The notes beneath the pieces were generated by a model. That model had not been told where the DNA came from. It made no database searches and saw nothing but the letters and a program-made list of their open reading frames with translations. Both the position numbers and the translations under genes were made by a program. From Leucoraja erinacea (Eukaryota), in contig NC_073412.1 of NCBI RefSeq assembly GCF_028641065.1, positions 12,338,001-12,402,000 on the forward strand: a stretch of 64,000 bases of DNA, written 5' to 3'. Positions 38,198-50,571 of the stretch are shown here, in pieces. Position 1 is the stretch's first letter; each line of letters starts with the position of its first letter.

Positions 38198-38339
38198 TCA
38201 CTATCAGGTACACGTTTATTATGAATAGCAAGTCTGCAAGAGAGGAAATAATCTTAAATTCCATGATAACATAAAAATAACATCAACACAGTTAATGAAG
38301 GTAAAAATTTAAGTGCAAATAGGCTCTTTGTTTCTTAAT

Positions 38340-39245
38340 ATAAATTCAAGCGTTTTGCCAAACACTTGCTCAGTCTGCCAAAGCCTATTTGGATCTCCCA
38401 TTTGCTAGCCATTTGAACTATTCTTCCCATTCCCACATCAACCTGTGTCCTTGGCTTCCTCCATTGCCAGAGGGAGACCACACACAGACTGGAGAATCGG
38501 CACCTCGTATTCTGCTTGGGTAGCTTACAACCCAAAAAATAAACATTTAAAATCTTCAATGTTTCCAATTTCTGTTAACTTATCAAAAATTAGAGAAGTT
38601 AATGTTGGGTTTAAGCTACCCAAGAGGAATATGAGGTGCTGTTCCTCCAGTTTGCGCATGGCCTCACTCTGGCAATGGAGGAGGCTTGAATCTTCTACCC
38701 CTAGACTGTCTCCCTTGCTCCATCCAGGGACTCCAGCAGTCTTTCCATGACAGCAGAAGGTTTATGAGCACTTCATCTAACCTCATTTACTACATCCAGT
38801 GTTCCCGATGTGGCCCCCTTACATCGGTGAGACCAAGCGTTGACTTGGAGGCTGTTTTGCCGAACATTTGAGCTTGGTCCGCCTAGACCTACAGAATCTC
38901 CTGGTTCCATCCATTTTAACTCTCCTTCCCATATCCATACTGACCTTTCTGTCCTAGGCCTCCCCCATTACCAGAATGAGGCCACATGCAAACTGGAGGA
39001 ATAGCACCTCACATTCCGCTGGGATAGCTTACTACCCAACATTGAATTCTCCAATGTTGAAGAAGGGTTTCGGCCCGAAACGTTGCCTATTTCCTTCGCT
39101 CCATAGATGCTGCTGCACCCGCTGAGTTTCTCCAGCTTTTTTGTGTAACCATTGAATTCTCCAATGTTGGGCAACCTGACAACCACCCAGCTACCCAGAG
39201 ATGCTGCCTGATCAGCTGAGTTACTCCAGCACTTTGTCTATTTTT
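38340..39245 (+). mobile_element. Rearranged Penelope-like GIY-YIG fragments
   Basis: SSNLIYYIQCSRCG, ETKR, pseudo-LTR pieces. Confidence 0.75.
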
Positions 39246-39717
39246 GTCACATTCGTATTTTCCCGCATGGTTTATAAATGAATATTTCTATATGTTTAAT
39301 GTAAAAATATATTCTCATGAGTAGCTGTTAGAAGTGATTTAGTTTGTCAATCTGGCCCTTTATAACAAATTTGTACACCATGTGTTTTACCCTGACTACT
39401 GGCATTTTTTTTGATTGAGAAGTTAATCATGTGCCTCATCTGCCCTCTGAGATGAATAAAACAAAGGGGCTATGTTGAAGAGGAGCAGAAGTTTTTCTGG
39501 TGATATCATTCCTTCTAGCAATTTTGCTAAACAAATTATCTTCATTTCTTGATAGTTCTGATTTTTCTATTAGTTACTGCATTTCCCTGTGTTATGAGCA
39601 ATGACAGACAATACTTCTCTGCCTGTGAGGTGCTTCTGGATCTAAATTAAACCGTATTTCTTTTCTTTTCAATTCCAGTATGTTTGTAAATATTATTGGT
39701 GTATAGTTAGTGTGTTA

Positions 39718-39935
39718 AGGGCCTGTTCCACTTTCACGACCTAATTCATGACCTTTTTTTACTTGTGGACATTTTTCATCATGTTGAAAAAACGCCCCAA
39801 CCTACTTGATGCCACGAGTACCTACGACTAGCATCACAACTTACCTACGACCTCGTGACGGCTATGCTGCCAGTATGAGTCACGGGCAAACTCGGCAGAA
39901 GTCGTGAATTAGGTCGTAAAAGTGGGACAGGCCCT
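39718..39935. mobile_element. PIF/Harbinger-type MITE
   Basis: TIR agggcctgttccactttcacgacctaattc / gaattaggtcgtaaaagtgggacaggccct; TTA TSD. Confidence 0.85.
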
Positions 39936-39983
39936 TTATAAGATCAATAAATTTTTACCAAACTTTTTAATTTGTTCATTCAG

Positions 39984-40104
39984 GATGGCATAAGAGCTGC
40001 TAAGAGAACCATTCAGATGGACATCCAGGATGCAGTTCACAAGATCTACCAGCAGCTGTCTGCTATTCTTGAGCGGGCTTTACAGGCAAACAAGCACCAC
40101 ATTG
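39984..40104 (+). CDS. HERC1: HERC1 exon (DGIRAAKRTIQ...LERALQANKHHI)
   Basis: ttcattcag acceptor, G|gtaag donor. Confidence 0.95.
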
Positions 40105-41910
40105 GTAAGGGACTGGACTGTATCATAAAAACTGAAAGATATTGAGAAGCTGATTAAACAACGCAATTACAAATTTACTTTCCTCTCTTTAAGCAGCATT
40201 ATTTTTGGAAAGGTTTCAAGAATAAAACTAATGTAAACACATAATTAGCAGGATACTTTACATATAATAATGAATAATATTATTTGCAATATAATTTATT
40301 ATAATGTCATAAACATTAGCAATATAGAATATTTTTTTCCAATTTCCGAATTCTTCATTCTGTTCTGAATCCTCAAACCCTAAATGAAGGAACCCCCAGA
40401 TTATACCAGCGTTCCTTTCCTGATCACTTGTCTGAAGCTGAACTGTTAGTAAGCCGGAAAGTGTGTGGGAGAGAATCGTAGAGATAGCTGTGACAGGAGC
40501 CTCAATGATCTAGTGAGAATGAATGAGTGACCAGCTGGGCTCAACTCAGCTATATTGTTGTGGCTCAAGGATAGGAGAGAAGGCAACCTGAAATGCCCTC
40601 TTCCCACCACACACAAGAAACAGAATATCCATCCCCATCTATCCCGCCAGTCTCCCAAACACTTACTCATCTATACGGGTGTCAATAATTTGGCTGTTTG
40701 TAAACAGGAAGAGATGCAGGTCCAATTCTTTATTCCATTCTAAAATAGCCAACGAACAGAGATTAGAATATGTAGGAAAGAACTGCAGATGCTGGTTTAA
40801 ATCTCTGATAGACACAAAATGCTGGAGTAACTCAGCAGGACAGGAAGAGAAGGAATAGGTGATGCTTGGGGTCAACATCCTCTTCAGACTGATTTATCTT
40901 TTATTTAACATTTAGTTAGCATTTAGCATTCCTGATTTTTTAAAATCCTATATAAAATTGAGATTTCTGTATGTCGATATTGATATCCCACACAACTCTG
41001 CTCTAGGGGCAGAATTAGGTCATTCGGCCCATCGAGCTAGATACAGCTCTAGGGGCTAGTGGAGTCAAGGGATATGGGGAGAAGGCAGACACGGGTTATT
41101 GATAGGGGCCGATCAGCCATGATCACAATGAATGGCGGTGCTGGCTCGAAGGGCCAAATGGCCTCCTCCTGCACCTATTTTCTATGTTTTATGAGGCTAT
41201 TCCACCATTCAATCATGGCTGATCTATCTTTCCCTCTCAACCCTATTCTTCTGCCTTCTCCCTATAACTCCTGACACCTGTACTAATCAAGGATCTATCA
41301 ATCTCTGTCTTACAAAATATCCATTGACTTGGCCTCCACAGCCTTTTGTGACAATAAATTCCACAGATTCACCTCCCTCTAACTAAAGAAATTCCTCATC
41401 TCCTTTCTAAAACTATGTCTTTTTATTCTGAGTCCCGCTGAGTTACTCCAGCTTTTTGTGTCTATCCTTTTATTCTGAAGCAATAGCATCTGGTCCGAAA
41501 CTCTCCCACTAGTGGAAACATCATCTCCACATCCACTCTAACCAGGCTTATTGGTTCTGAACTAGAAGTCCATTTTCTGTCTGTGCATGAAGCTAATGGA
41601 AGTGGGTTGTTGAAGATGAACCAGCGTTTTGTAATTGCTGATCTCTGCCAGGAAATGCCAAGCACCGTTGTAATTTCATAGTTAAATTTATAGATTCCTA
41701 ATGGGATGTTGTGTGTCCCTCCGCTGTGAGTCCAAGTACTCTCGTCTGCTATCTGCTAACATTAGGAAAAAAAGACGCATCTTATTAAATTTGATTTTCA
41801 TACAATGAGTTAAGAATGTTTTATTGTTATATGTCCCAGATAGAACAATGAAATTCTTACTTGCAGCAGCACAACAGAATATGTAAACATAGTACACTGT
41901 AAACAATATA

Positions 41911-42122
41911 ATTATTATTTTCTTATTTATATAGCACATTTTCAGTCAACTTGCATTGACCCCAAAGTGCTTCACATAATTACATTACATTACACACGGG
42001 CACAGGTGGGTGAAGTGTCTTGCCCCAAGGACACAACGACAGTATGCACTCCAAGCGGGATTTGAACCGGCTACCTTCCGGTCGCCAGCCGAACTCTTAG
42101 CCCATTGTGCTATCTGTCGTCC
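41911..42122 (-). mobile_element. tRNA-derived CORE-type SINE with L2-like tail
   Basis: Minus strand: tagcacaatgg A-box, ggttcaaatcc B-box, gttgtgtccttggggcaagacactt CORE-like block, gaagcactttg...tgctatataaat tail. Confidence 0.65.
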
Positions 42123-42160
42123 CCAAAAACGAGAGAGAGAGAGACAAAACGTTCAGTCTG

Positions 42161-42163
<3 letters not shown>

Positions 42164-42245
<82 letters not shown>
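42164..42245. repeat. (AC)n microsatellite, ~41 units
   Basis: Seen directly. Confidence 0.99.
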
Positions 42246-42246
<1 letters not shown>

Positions 42247-42514
42247 AAACAATAATAGTGCAATGAGAACAATAATAGTCTATGCAGCTCGAGCTTATTT
42301 ACCCTTCCCTGCTCTGCAATCACCATTCCCTCTTCCACAGCCTTTCCAAATTGAAATTGTGTGTTGAACTCGTATTTTACATTTTTATAGTGAATTATGC
42401 AAGATATTCTTGAATAAAGAATGCAAATATGTTAGAACTATGGTGGATTAGTGTTTATTAGTATTGTTAACAATGAATGCTCGTATTTTTATTCATGTTT
42501 GATATTCTTTTCAG

Positions 42515-42752
42515 GAGCACAACAACGCCTTTTACTGGTGACAGTTTTTGCACTTAGTGTGCGTTATCACCCTGTAGATGTCTCCTTGGCAATCTCCAGT
42601 GGCTTGTTGAATGTATTGTCCCAGTTGTGTGGCACCGATACTATGCTGGGACAGCCACTGCAGTTGTTACAAAAGCCCGGCATTTCACAGCTCAGCACAG
42701 CGTTAAAGGTAGCCAGCACCAGATTACTTCAGATTCTAGCCATTACCACAGG
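42515..42752 (+). CDS. HERC1: HERC1 exon (AQQRLLLVTVFALSV...RLLQILAITT)
   Basis: cttttcag acceptor, GG|gtaagt donor. Confidence 0.96.
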
Positions 42753-43469
42753 GTAAGTATCATGTTTATTTTTTTTTTATCAGTAATTAGTTTGGAATAG
42801 AAATATTATGGTTGAGTTGATCTGTAAGATCAGAGGAACTGGCAGCCGGTTAGTGTGTATTGAGTATTCAGTAAAATCGCAAAGATCATTCTAAAAGAAT
42901 CCTTAAACTAATTTTTATAAGGAGAGGAAAAAAACCCAAATGTTTATAATGAAAATTTCATCCCAGGCATTTAGTTATCTTCATTCATTCCATGGTAGAT
43001 ACAAATGCGGGAGAAGCTCAGTGGGTGAGGCAGCATCTAGGGAGCGAAGGAATAGAGTCGAGACCCTTCTTCAGATCCTCATTCATCCACGACTCAGTTT
43101 TGGATGTCAGTGTTTGTGTGATTTGGATAATACAGTCTTTTAGCATTAAATAAAATGGTGAAATGTGAGTTATTGTTAAATGAGATGAGCTGAATAACTA
43201 GAATGGTATTCAGACAGTTATGTAAAAGGTGCACCTATCTTTTTTTGTTGGGGTGGGGGGGTAAGTTGATGTAGGCAGATCTGGTTTGCATGTAGTTTTC
43301 AGGGGCAGAAAGATGGTTTCACTTGCACTGAATAGAGTTTTGTGGCTCACTGTTTGGATTAGGCTAACCAAACCTATTACACCCTAATCGTGCTCTCCAT
43401 TGTAACCAGTGGAAGATTTAGATACGCGTAAATCTTTTTTGAACTCTTTCAAGCTTATCCATTCAGCCA

Positions 43470-44690
43470 TCTCTCCTTGGATCCCATGTGATCTAACCTT
43501 CCAGAGCAGCCTACCATGCGGAACCAAGTCGAACGTCTTATTGAACTCCATGTACACAACATCTACAGATCTGCCTTCATCAACCTTTTTGGTCGCTTAT
43601 TGAAAAAAATCAATCAGATTTATGAGACACGACCTCCCACGAACAATACCATGCTGACTATCCCTAATCAATCGTTGCCCATCCAAATGCATGTATATCC
43701 TATCCCTCAGTATACTCTCCAGTAACTTACTAACTACAGATGTTAAGCTCACCAGCCTATAGCTCCCAGCATTTTCCGTGCAGCCCTTCTTGAAAAGAGG
43801 CACAACATTTGCCACCCTCCAGTCTTCCGGCACCTCTCCTAACCATATAACAATTACAGCACGGAAACAGGCCATCTCGGCCCTACAAGTCCATGCCGAA
43901 CAAATTTTTTTTCCCCTTAGTTCCACCTGCCTGCACTCATACCATAACCCTCCATTCCCTTCTCATCCATATGCCTATCCAATTTATTTGGTTAAATGAT
44001 ACCAATGAACCTGCCTCCCAGTCAACTGTTCCTTTCCCATCTAATAACCTGCTCCAGTCAACTTGAGCGAGACCTTCTCTCATACCCTCAAAGTTGGCCT
44101 TACCCCAGTTGAGCATTTTAACACATGGACCCTCTCCGTCCCGATCCATAACTATCTTAAACCTAATTGAACTGTGGTCACTGGTCCCAAAAGGCTCCTC
44201 CACACACACTTCATTAACTTGCCCTTCCCAATTTCCCAATACTTGATCCAGTGTTGCCCTCTCATGTGTGGGGGGGCTCTACATACTGCTTAAGAAAACT
44301 CTCCTGAACACTTTTGAGGAATTGCACCCCATCTGTACCCTTCACGCTATGATTTTCCCGGTCTATATTGGGAATGTTAAAATCCCCTACTGCAACAACC
44401 TTATTTGACCTGCAGCTGTCTGCAATCTCCCGGCACATTTGTTCTTCAAATTCCCGTTGACTATTCGGGGGTCTGTAGTACACCCCCAACAAAGTGATCA
44501 TCCCATTCTTGTTCCTCAGCACCACCCATATAGCCTCACTAGACGAACCGTCCGTAATGTCTGTGGTGGAACAAGGTTGTCTGAATACAGCCGTGACATC
44601 CTCCTTAACCAACAATGCCACCTCCCACCTCTCTTTCCCTCACCTGCCTGTGCCGAAGCTCCTGTACCCTGGAACATTGAGCTGCCACTT
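43470..44690 (-). mobile_element. CR1 LINE ORF2 fragments (endonuclease and RT N-part)
   Basis: YYRPPNS, VGDFN, SDH, VPEDWRVANVVPLFKKG on the minus strand. Confidence 0.88.
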
Positions 44691-45638
44691 GCACGATATG
44701 TTTTGTGAAAAGCCAAATAGACTCTTCAGAATTTCCAGTCCTGAGTCTCGGAAAGTATGCATCCTATAGTAACCCACATTACCTCTTTTTTTTGCCCTTT
44801 TTTTAAGTAGCTTTACCAACCTGTTGTTGAATTTGCTGATGGAGCCATCATCGCAGCTTCCTAGAACTCTTCATTTTGCACACTGACTGCATTCCAAAGA
44901 GTTAGTTTTATAATCATAAATGAATCTGGCACTTTGTAGATTCTCAAAATATGTTGAGCATAGTGAAGGTCAGTGTGTCTATGCTACGCTTTATCATTCT
45001 GCATTCTAAAGTTATCTGAAACCTCAAAAATAGAAACATTCCTAACTCTGCAGTCTCTTCCATAGTTTATGTTATATGTAAATTAGGCCACTCAATCATG
45101 ACAAGATCTATCTTTCCCTCACAACCCCATTCTCCTGCCTTCTCCCAATAACCCCTAACACACAAACTAATCAAGAATCTGTCAATCTCCACATTAAAAA
45201 TATCCATTGAAGGCCTCTGTGGCAATGAATTCCGCAGATTCATCACCCTCTGACTCAAATTCCTCCATCTTGTTTCTCAAAGTACGTCCTTTTATTCTGA
45301 CGCTATGTCCTCTGGTCCCGTACTCTCGCACTAGCGGAAACATTCTCTCCACTATCAAGCCTTTCTTCACATAACCGATATGCCGAATCAAGTAAATTAA
45401 TCTGGTACACTCCTACAAATCCCAACTGCCTTTCTTGAAAATGTATGAAAATGAAGTTATGTTACATTGTGATGCATGGACACCGTATGCACTGCAATGT
45501 AAGCTGAATCTTCCATCCATTAAATGCTGTGGCTCAGAAATCCATGGAGCAGTGTGAAAATGTAATGAACACTAAAATGGTTTCTTTTGCACCATTTCAG
45601 ATTTACAATTGTGCTTCCTTTGTGCTTTATTCTTCTAG

Positions 45639-45811
45639 AACGTACGCAGACAAGCTGAGCCCGAAGGTGGTTCAGTCCCTGTTGGATCTGCTGTGCAGTC
45701 AGCTGAAGAACCTGCTCTCCCAGGCTGGAGTGCAGCTAACACCCTTGCACGGAAACAGAGAGAACAAACTGGATGACACTGGCGAGACTGAGGATGCAAA
45801 GGATTTTCGAG
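45639..45811 (+). CDS. HERC1: HERC1 exon (TYADKLSPKVVQSLLDLLCSQLK...KDFR)
   Basis: tcttctag acceptor, G|gtatga donor. Confidence 0.95.
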
Positions 45812-47006
45812 GTATGAAGCATATGTAGCTTTACAGTACGTGTTAAAATTAAGGGTAGATGAGGTAAAGGGAGGTACATGTAATAATGTGCGGGAGTTAG
45901 CCAATAGACCAAATCACTACAGTTTGAATTCAGTTTGAATTCTACTATGGTAGCCTTTATATGCTCCAAGACCTCATTACCTTTTTGTTCTTCCACTGGG
46001 TTTAATGGGATCTTGTCCAAATAATACATAGAGAGCCATCAGCAGTGTTATATGGCACCAAGATGCCTTTGTGAGTTGGTCTACTTTGCTTGAATTTGGC
46101 CCATATTCCTCTAAATCTTTCCTATCCATATTACTGTCTTTTTAAACAATGTGTGTTCCTGGTTCTACACAGGCACATGAACAGGCAGGGCCAAAGGGCA
46201 TGTTTTATTTCTCTGATTCTAAGTCCTCCTATCTTGGCAACACTGTTGTGAATCCTTTGTGCCTTCAATCTGGATGAATCATATCCTTGCGACCAGACTT
46301 GCACTCAATCTCACCAATGTCTTGCACATGTATAACACGATGCCCCAACTCATGACGGCAATCGAGCCAAACATCTCTACCCCACCCTTTTTGAGTATAA
46401 TGCCACTTTCAGGGAACTATGTACCCGGTGTCTTTCTGTTCTCCAGCATTCTCCTCGTCTCTGTCGGGTCAAAGAGACTACAGGAGACAGACACAAAAGG
46501 CTGGAGTATCTCAGCGGGTCAGGAGGCGGGTCAAAGAATAATAATAAAGTGTTTAAGATTTCTGAAAATTCATTGACCAGGTGCTCAGAAGGAAGCCAGT
46601 TGGCATATCGTTGGCCAGCCAGGGTACTAACCTTCTAACTGAACTAATTTTCTGTGCAGACACCCCCCAATTTCCAAAAGGTATACATTCCTGAAAAATA
46701 TTTCAATCCATGGATTTTAATAAATTGGAAAGGGTGGGCAATGTGCATAAAATATATTTTGATGCAACGTATGCCTATAAGTGAAATTGGTATGCTGTTC
46801 AGACACTAAAATATAAATTAGTAAATGGGGACAGTGCTTTATAGTCAACATTCGTAAATCAAACGTTCATAAATCAAGATCTAATTTTCCTGCCTTCTTG
46901 GCATAAAAGATAAATTGTTGATACCCCGGTTGTAAGCTTTATTGATTTCAGAAATGTGCACAGAATAGAGAAAGCAGTTTATTTAACTCTTATCTTTACT
47001 TTCCAG

Positions 47007-47162
47007 CAATTCTTCGGAAGCAGCACACTGCTGAGCTGCAGCTGGGGGATTTTCTTGTTTTCCTACGCAGAGTTGTGTCTTCAAAGGCTATTCAGTCGAA
47101 AATGGCCTCGCCTAAATGGACGGAAGTGCTACTTAACATTGCGGCTCAGAAGTATTTTTCAG
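47007..47162 (+). CDS. HERC1: HERC1 exon (ILRKQHTAELQLGDFLVFLRRVV...QKYFS)
   Basis: tttccag acceptor, G|gtac donor. Confidence 0.95.
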
Positions 47163-47473
47163 GTACGCAGCTTCTCAGCTCTTGAACGCAGAAACTGGAT
47201 AACATAGGAGAATCTCTCCGGGTGTCTTGCATGGCCATTCTGTTGGCCTTAGAGTGTGGTTAGGAAGCTCTGCATGGCTGCAGCACCTTGTGCTGGAATG
47301 CAGTAATTGTTGCTGTTATATCAGATGGTTTGCAAACAAATTTCAAACTTCTGAAGCTCTTGTTATAGAGATTTATTTTGCACCCATGACAAAATGCATG
47401 CGATATAGAAACGATATATACAGGTACAAAGTTTGAATTCTTATATTTGCTGTTGCTTATCTAATGTTTAATC

Positions 47474-49390
47474 TGAAACTTATAAGATCATTAAGGGCTT
47501 GGACACGCTAGAGGCAGGAAACATGTTCCCGATGTTGGGGGAGTCACAGTTTACAAATAAGGAGTAAGCCATTTAGAACGGAGACGAGGAACTTTTTCTC
47601 ACAGTGGCGAGCCTATGGAATTCTCTGCCTCGGAGGGCGGTGGAGGCAGGTTCTCTGGATGCTTTCAAGAGAGAGCTAGATAAGGCTCTTAAAAATAGCG
47701 GAGTTAGGGGATATGGGGAGAAGGCAAGAATGGGGTACTGATTGGGGATGATCAGCTATGATCACATTGAATGGCGGTGCTAGCTCGAAGGGCCGAATGG
47801 CCCTCTCCTGCACGTATTGTCTATTGTCTATTCTTTTCATTCTACCTCTGCCAATTCATCCAAATTAGCAAAGTGTTGTGGTATATTGTTCAATAATTTC
47901 ATTGCTTCAAGGTCCAGGAACAGCTTCTTCCTAATGACCATCATGGTATTGAACACTAAACCACTTGGGTTGCACGAGGGACTTTGACAATCTCCTATCT
48001 ACCTGTTCAAGAAGGAACTGCAGATGCCGAAAAATCGAAGGTAGACAAAATGCTGGAGAAACTCAGCGGGTGCGGCAACATCTATGGAGCGAAGGAAATA
48101 GGTAACGTTTCGAGACGAAACGTTGCCTATTTCCTTCGCTCCATAGATGCTGCCGCACCGGCTGAGTTTCTTCAGCATTTTTGCCTACCTCCTATCTACC
48201 TGCACATAATCCATATCCCTCCATTCCCAGCATATCCATATGCCTATCCAAAAGTGTCTTAAATCTGCCTCAACCCACCAACCCTGTAAACTTTGCCCCT
48301 CGCACCTTAAAGCTCTGCCCTCTAGTATTAAATTCTTCCATTCGGGGGATAAAGGTTCTGACTGTCTATCCTCTCCGCCTCTCATAATGTTATATATTTC
48401 TATCGGGTCTCCCCGCAGTCTCTGGCATTCCGGAGAACCAATCCAAGACTGCCCAACTTTTCCCTGCAGCTAATGCCCTCTAATCCAGGCAGCATTCTGG
48501 TAACTCTCCTCTGTATCCTTTCCAAAGCCTCCATATCCTTCCTATAATGGGGCAACCAGAACTGCATTCAATACTCCAAATGTGGCCTAACCAGTCTTAT
48601 AAAGCTGCATCATGACTTCCAAACTCTTATACTCAATGGCCCGACCTATGAAACCAAGCATTTTATATACATCCTTACCACTTTATGTACTTGTGTTGCC
48701 ACTTTCAAGAAGTCATGGACTTGGACTCCAAGAGTCCAACTATGTACATCAATGCTGTTAAGGGCCATGCCATTAATTGTATATTTTCTCCATACATTTG
48801 ACCTCGTAAAGTGCTCACACTTGCTCAGTGGAGTTGCACTGCTTAAAATCAAACTTAATTTAACTATTATTTGAAAATGTATATGCTACGCGAAACTGGC
48901 CCTGTGGCAAGAGGAACCAGAAAATGGGCAATACTTGGGCGTTAAGGAAGGTATTTGATGAGACCACACACTCTTGTTTAGAAGGATGAGAGGTGGTTTA
49001 GAAGGAGAGGGAGTTTAGAAGGATGAGAGGGGATCTCATTGAAATATAAGATTGTTAAGGGTTTGGACACGCTAGAGGCAGGAAACATTTTCCCGATGTT
49101 GGGGGGAGTCCAGAACCAGGGGCCACAGTTTAAGAATAAGGAGTAAGCCATTTAGAATGGAGACGAGGAAACACTTTTTCTCACAGAGAGTGGTGAGTCT
49201 GTGGAATTCTCTGCCTCAGAGGGTGGTGGAGGTGGGTTCTCTGGATGCTTTCAAGCGAGAGCTAGATAGGGCTCTTAACAATAGCGGAATCAGGGGATAT
49301 GGGGAGAAGGCAGGAATGGGGTACTGATTGGGGATGATCAGCCATGATCACAGTGAATGGCGGTGCTGGCCTACTCCTGCATCTATTGTC
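47474..49390. mobile_element. Cluster of CR1 3' fragments (47474-47831 +, ~48200-48830 -, 48977-49390 +)
   Basis: CR1 3' coding and UTR similarity to the 7105-7590 copy. Confidence 0.8.
48006..48188. mobile_element. PLE-derived fold-back insertion; 14-bp TSD
   Basis: TSD ctcctatctacctg at 47992-48005 and 48189-48202; inverted arms. Confidence 0.87.
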
Positions 49391-50174
49391 TGGTTGCACA
49401 AGATTAGGTTGTAGATTGCAAGAAGGGCAGGAAAAGTTGGCAGTGGGATATAAGAACTGCCATATGACTGGGCATAAAGGTGATGGATGAGATACAAGCG
49501 GAAGTGCATCATTATTATCAATGTTCATTGGAAGAATGGAAAAGCAGATTTAGTTTTCATAAAAACTGCGACACTGGTATCTTGAGGGATGTGGGGACGA
49601 AGTGTTAAAGCAATATTAATGCCTAAGTTCAGCTGTGAATGGTGAATGGCTCCTGGGTCCAGTGATTACCGAGTTAAAGTGCTGCAAAACTCAACACTGG
49701 TAACCCAATTTAAGGAGCTTTCCCGATGAGAACTTAGATTCACATTGCAGTCCAAATGTATTAGCATTCTGTACTCAAAATGGTTGAGGTAGGCTTCCTA
49801 GACAAATTGATGTAGTGTACTTGGTCTAAGTTGTTATCCCTGGCAAATGTTAATACTGGGATAATGCAAAACTCTGCATCTAGTTCTTCCCTGTGCTGCA
49901 CTAAACACATGTAGAATATGTCTGATAAAGGTTTGCAATTATTAATAAATGCCTCTGCCATTTCAGGAAGATTGTAATGCTCAAAACTGTTCCTTTCAAA
50001 TGTTTCTATATATGTAGATAACATTGAAGCTTATTACGTGTACATTTCTTATAATCAATTACGATTTAGCAGTACACATGATCAAAAGCCACCATTTGAT
50101 TGTTTGCATGAATCTCTTGTGCTTCCTGAATTCATTGCAAACCGCACCAGCAAACCATGTCCTCTGTCGTGCAG

Positions 50175-50281
50175 GTGTCCCACTGGCTGGCAACCTCAGA
50201 ACCAGATTGCTGGCCCTTCATGTTCTGGAGGCAGTGTTGCCTGCCTGTGAGTCGAGTGTAGAAGACGATCAGATGATACAG
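50175..50281 (+). CDS. HERC1: HERC1 exon (VPLAGNLRTRLLALHVLEAVLPACE...QMIQ)
   Basis: gtgcag acceptor, CAG|gtaag donor. Confidence 0.95.
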
Positions 50282-50571
50282 GTAAGGTAGCTACTCTTGG
50301 GAATTATATCTTTAGAGTGGTGTTAGAAATGCTTCCGTATCATGTACTGAAAGGTTGGGATAGTCCTAGCCTCACCTATCTCCTCTGGCAGCTTGTTCCA
50401 TACACTCCGAAAACGTACAGGTTTGTAGGTTAATTGGCTTGGTAAATGTAAAATTGTCCCTAGTGTGTGTAGGATAGTGTTACTGTGCGGGGATCGCTGG
50501 TCGGAGCGGACCCGGTCAGCCAAAGGGTCTGTTTCCACACTGTATCACTAAACTAAACCCAGTTAAGGAAG

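Noticed and set aside
42010-42367. His-Thr repeat ORFs
   Set aside because: Translation of the (AC)n microsatellite.
46655-46880. Possible old Tigger-like MITE
   Set aside because: Termini too degraded to define a TIR or TSD.
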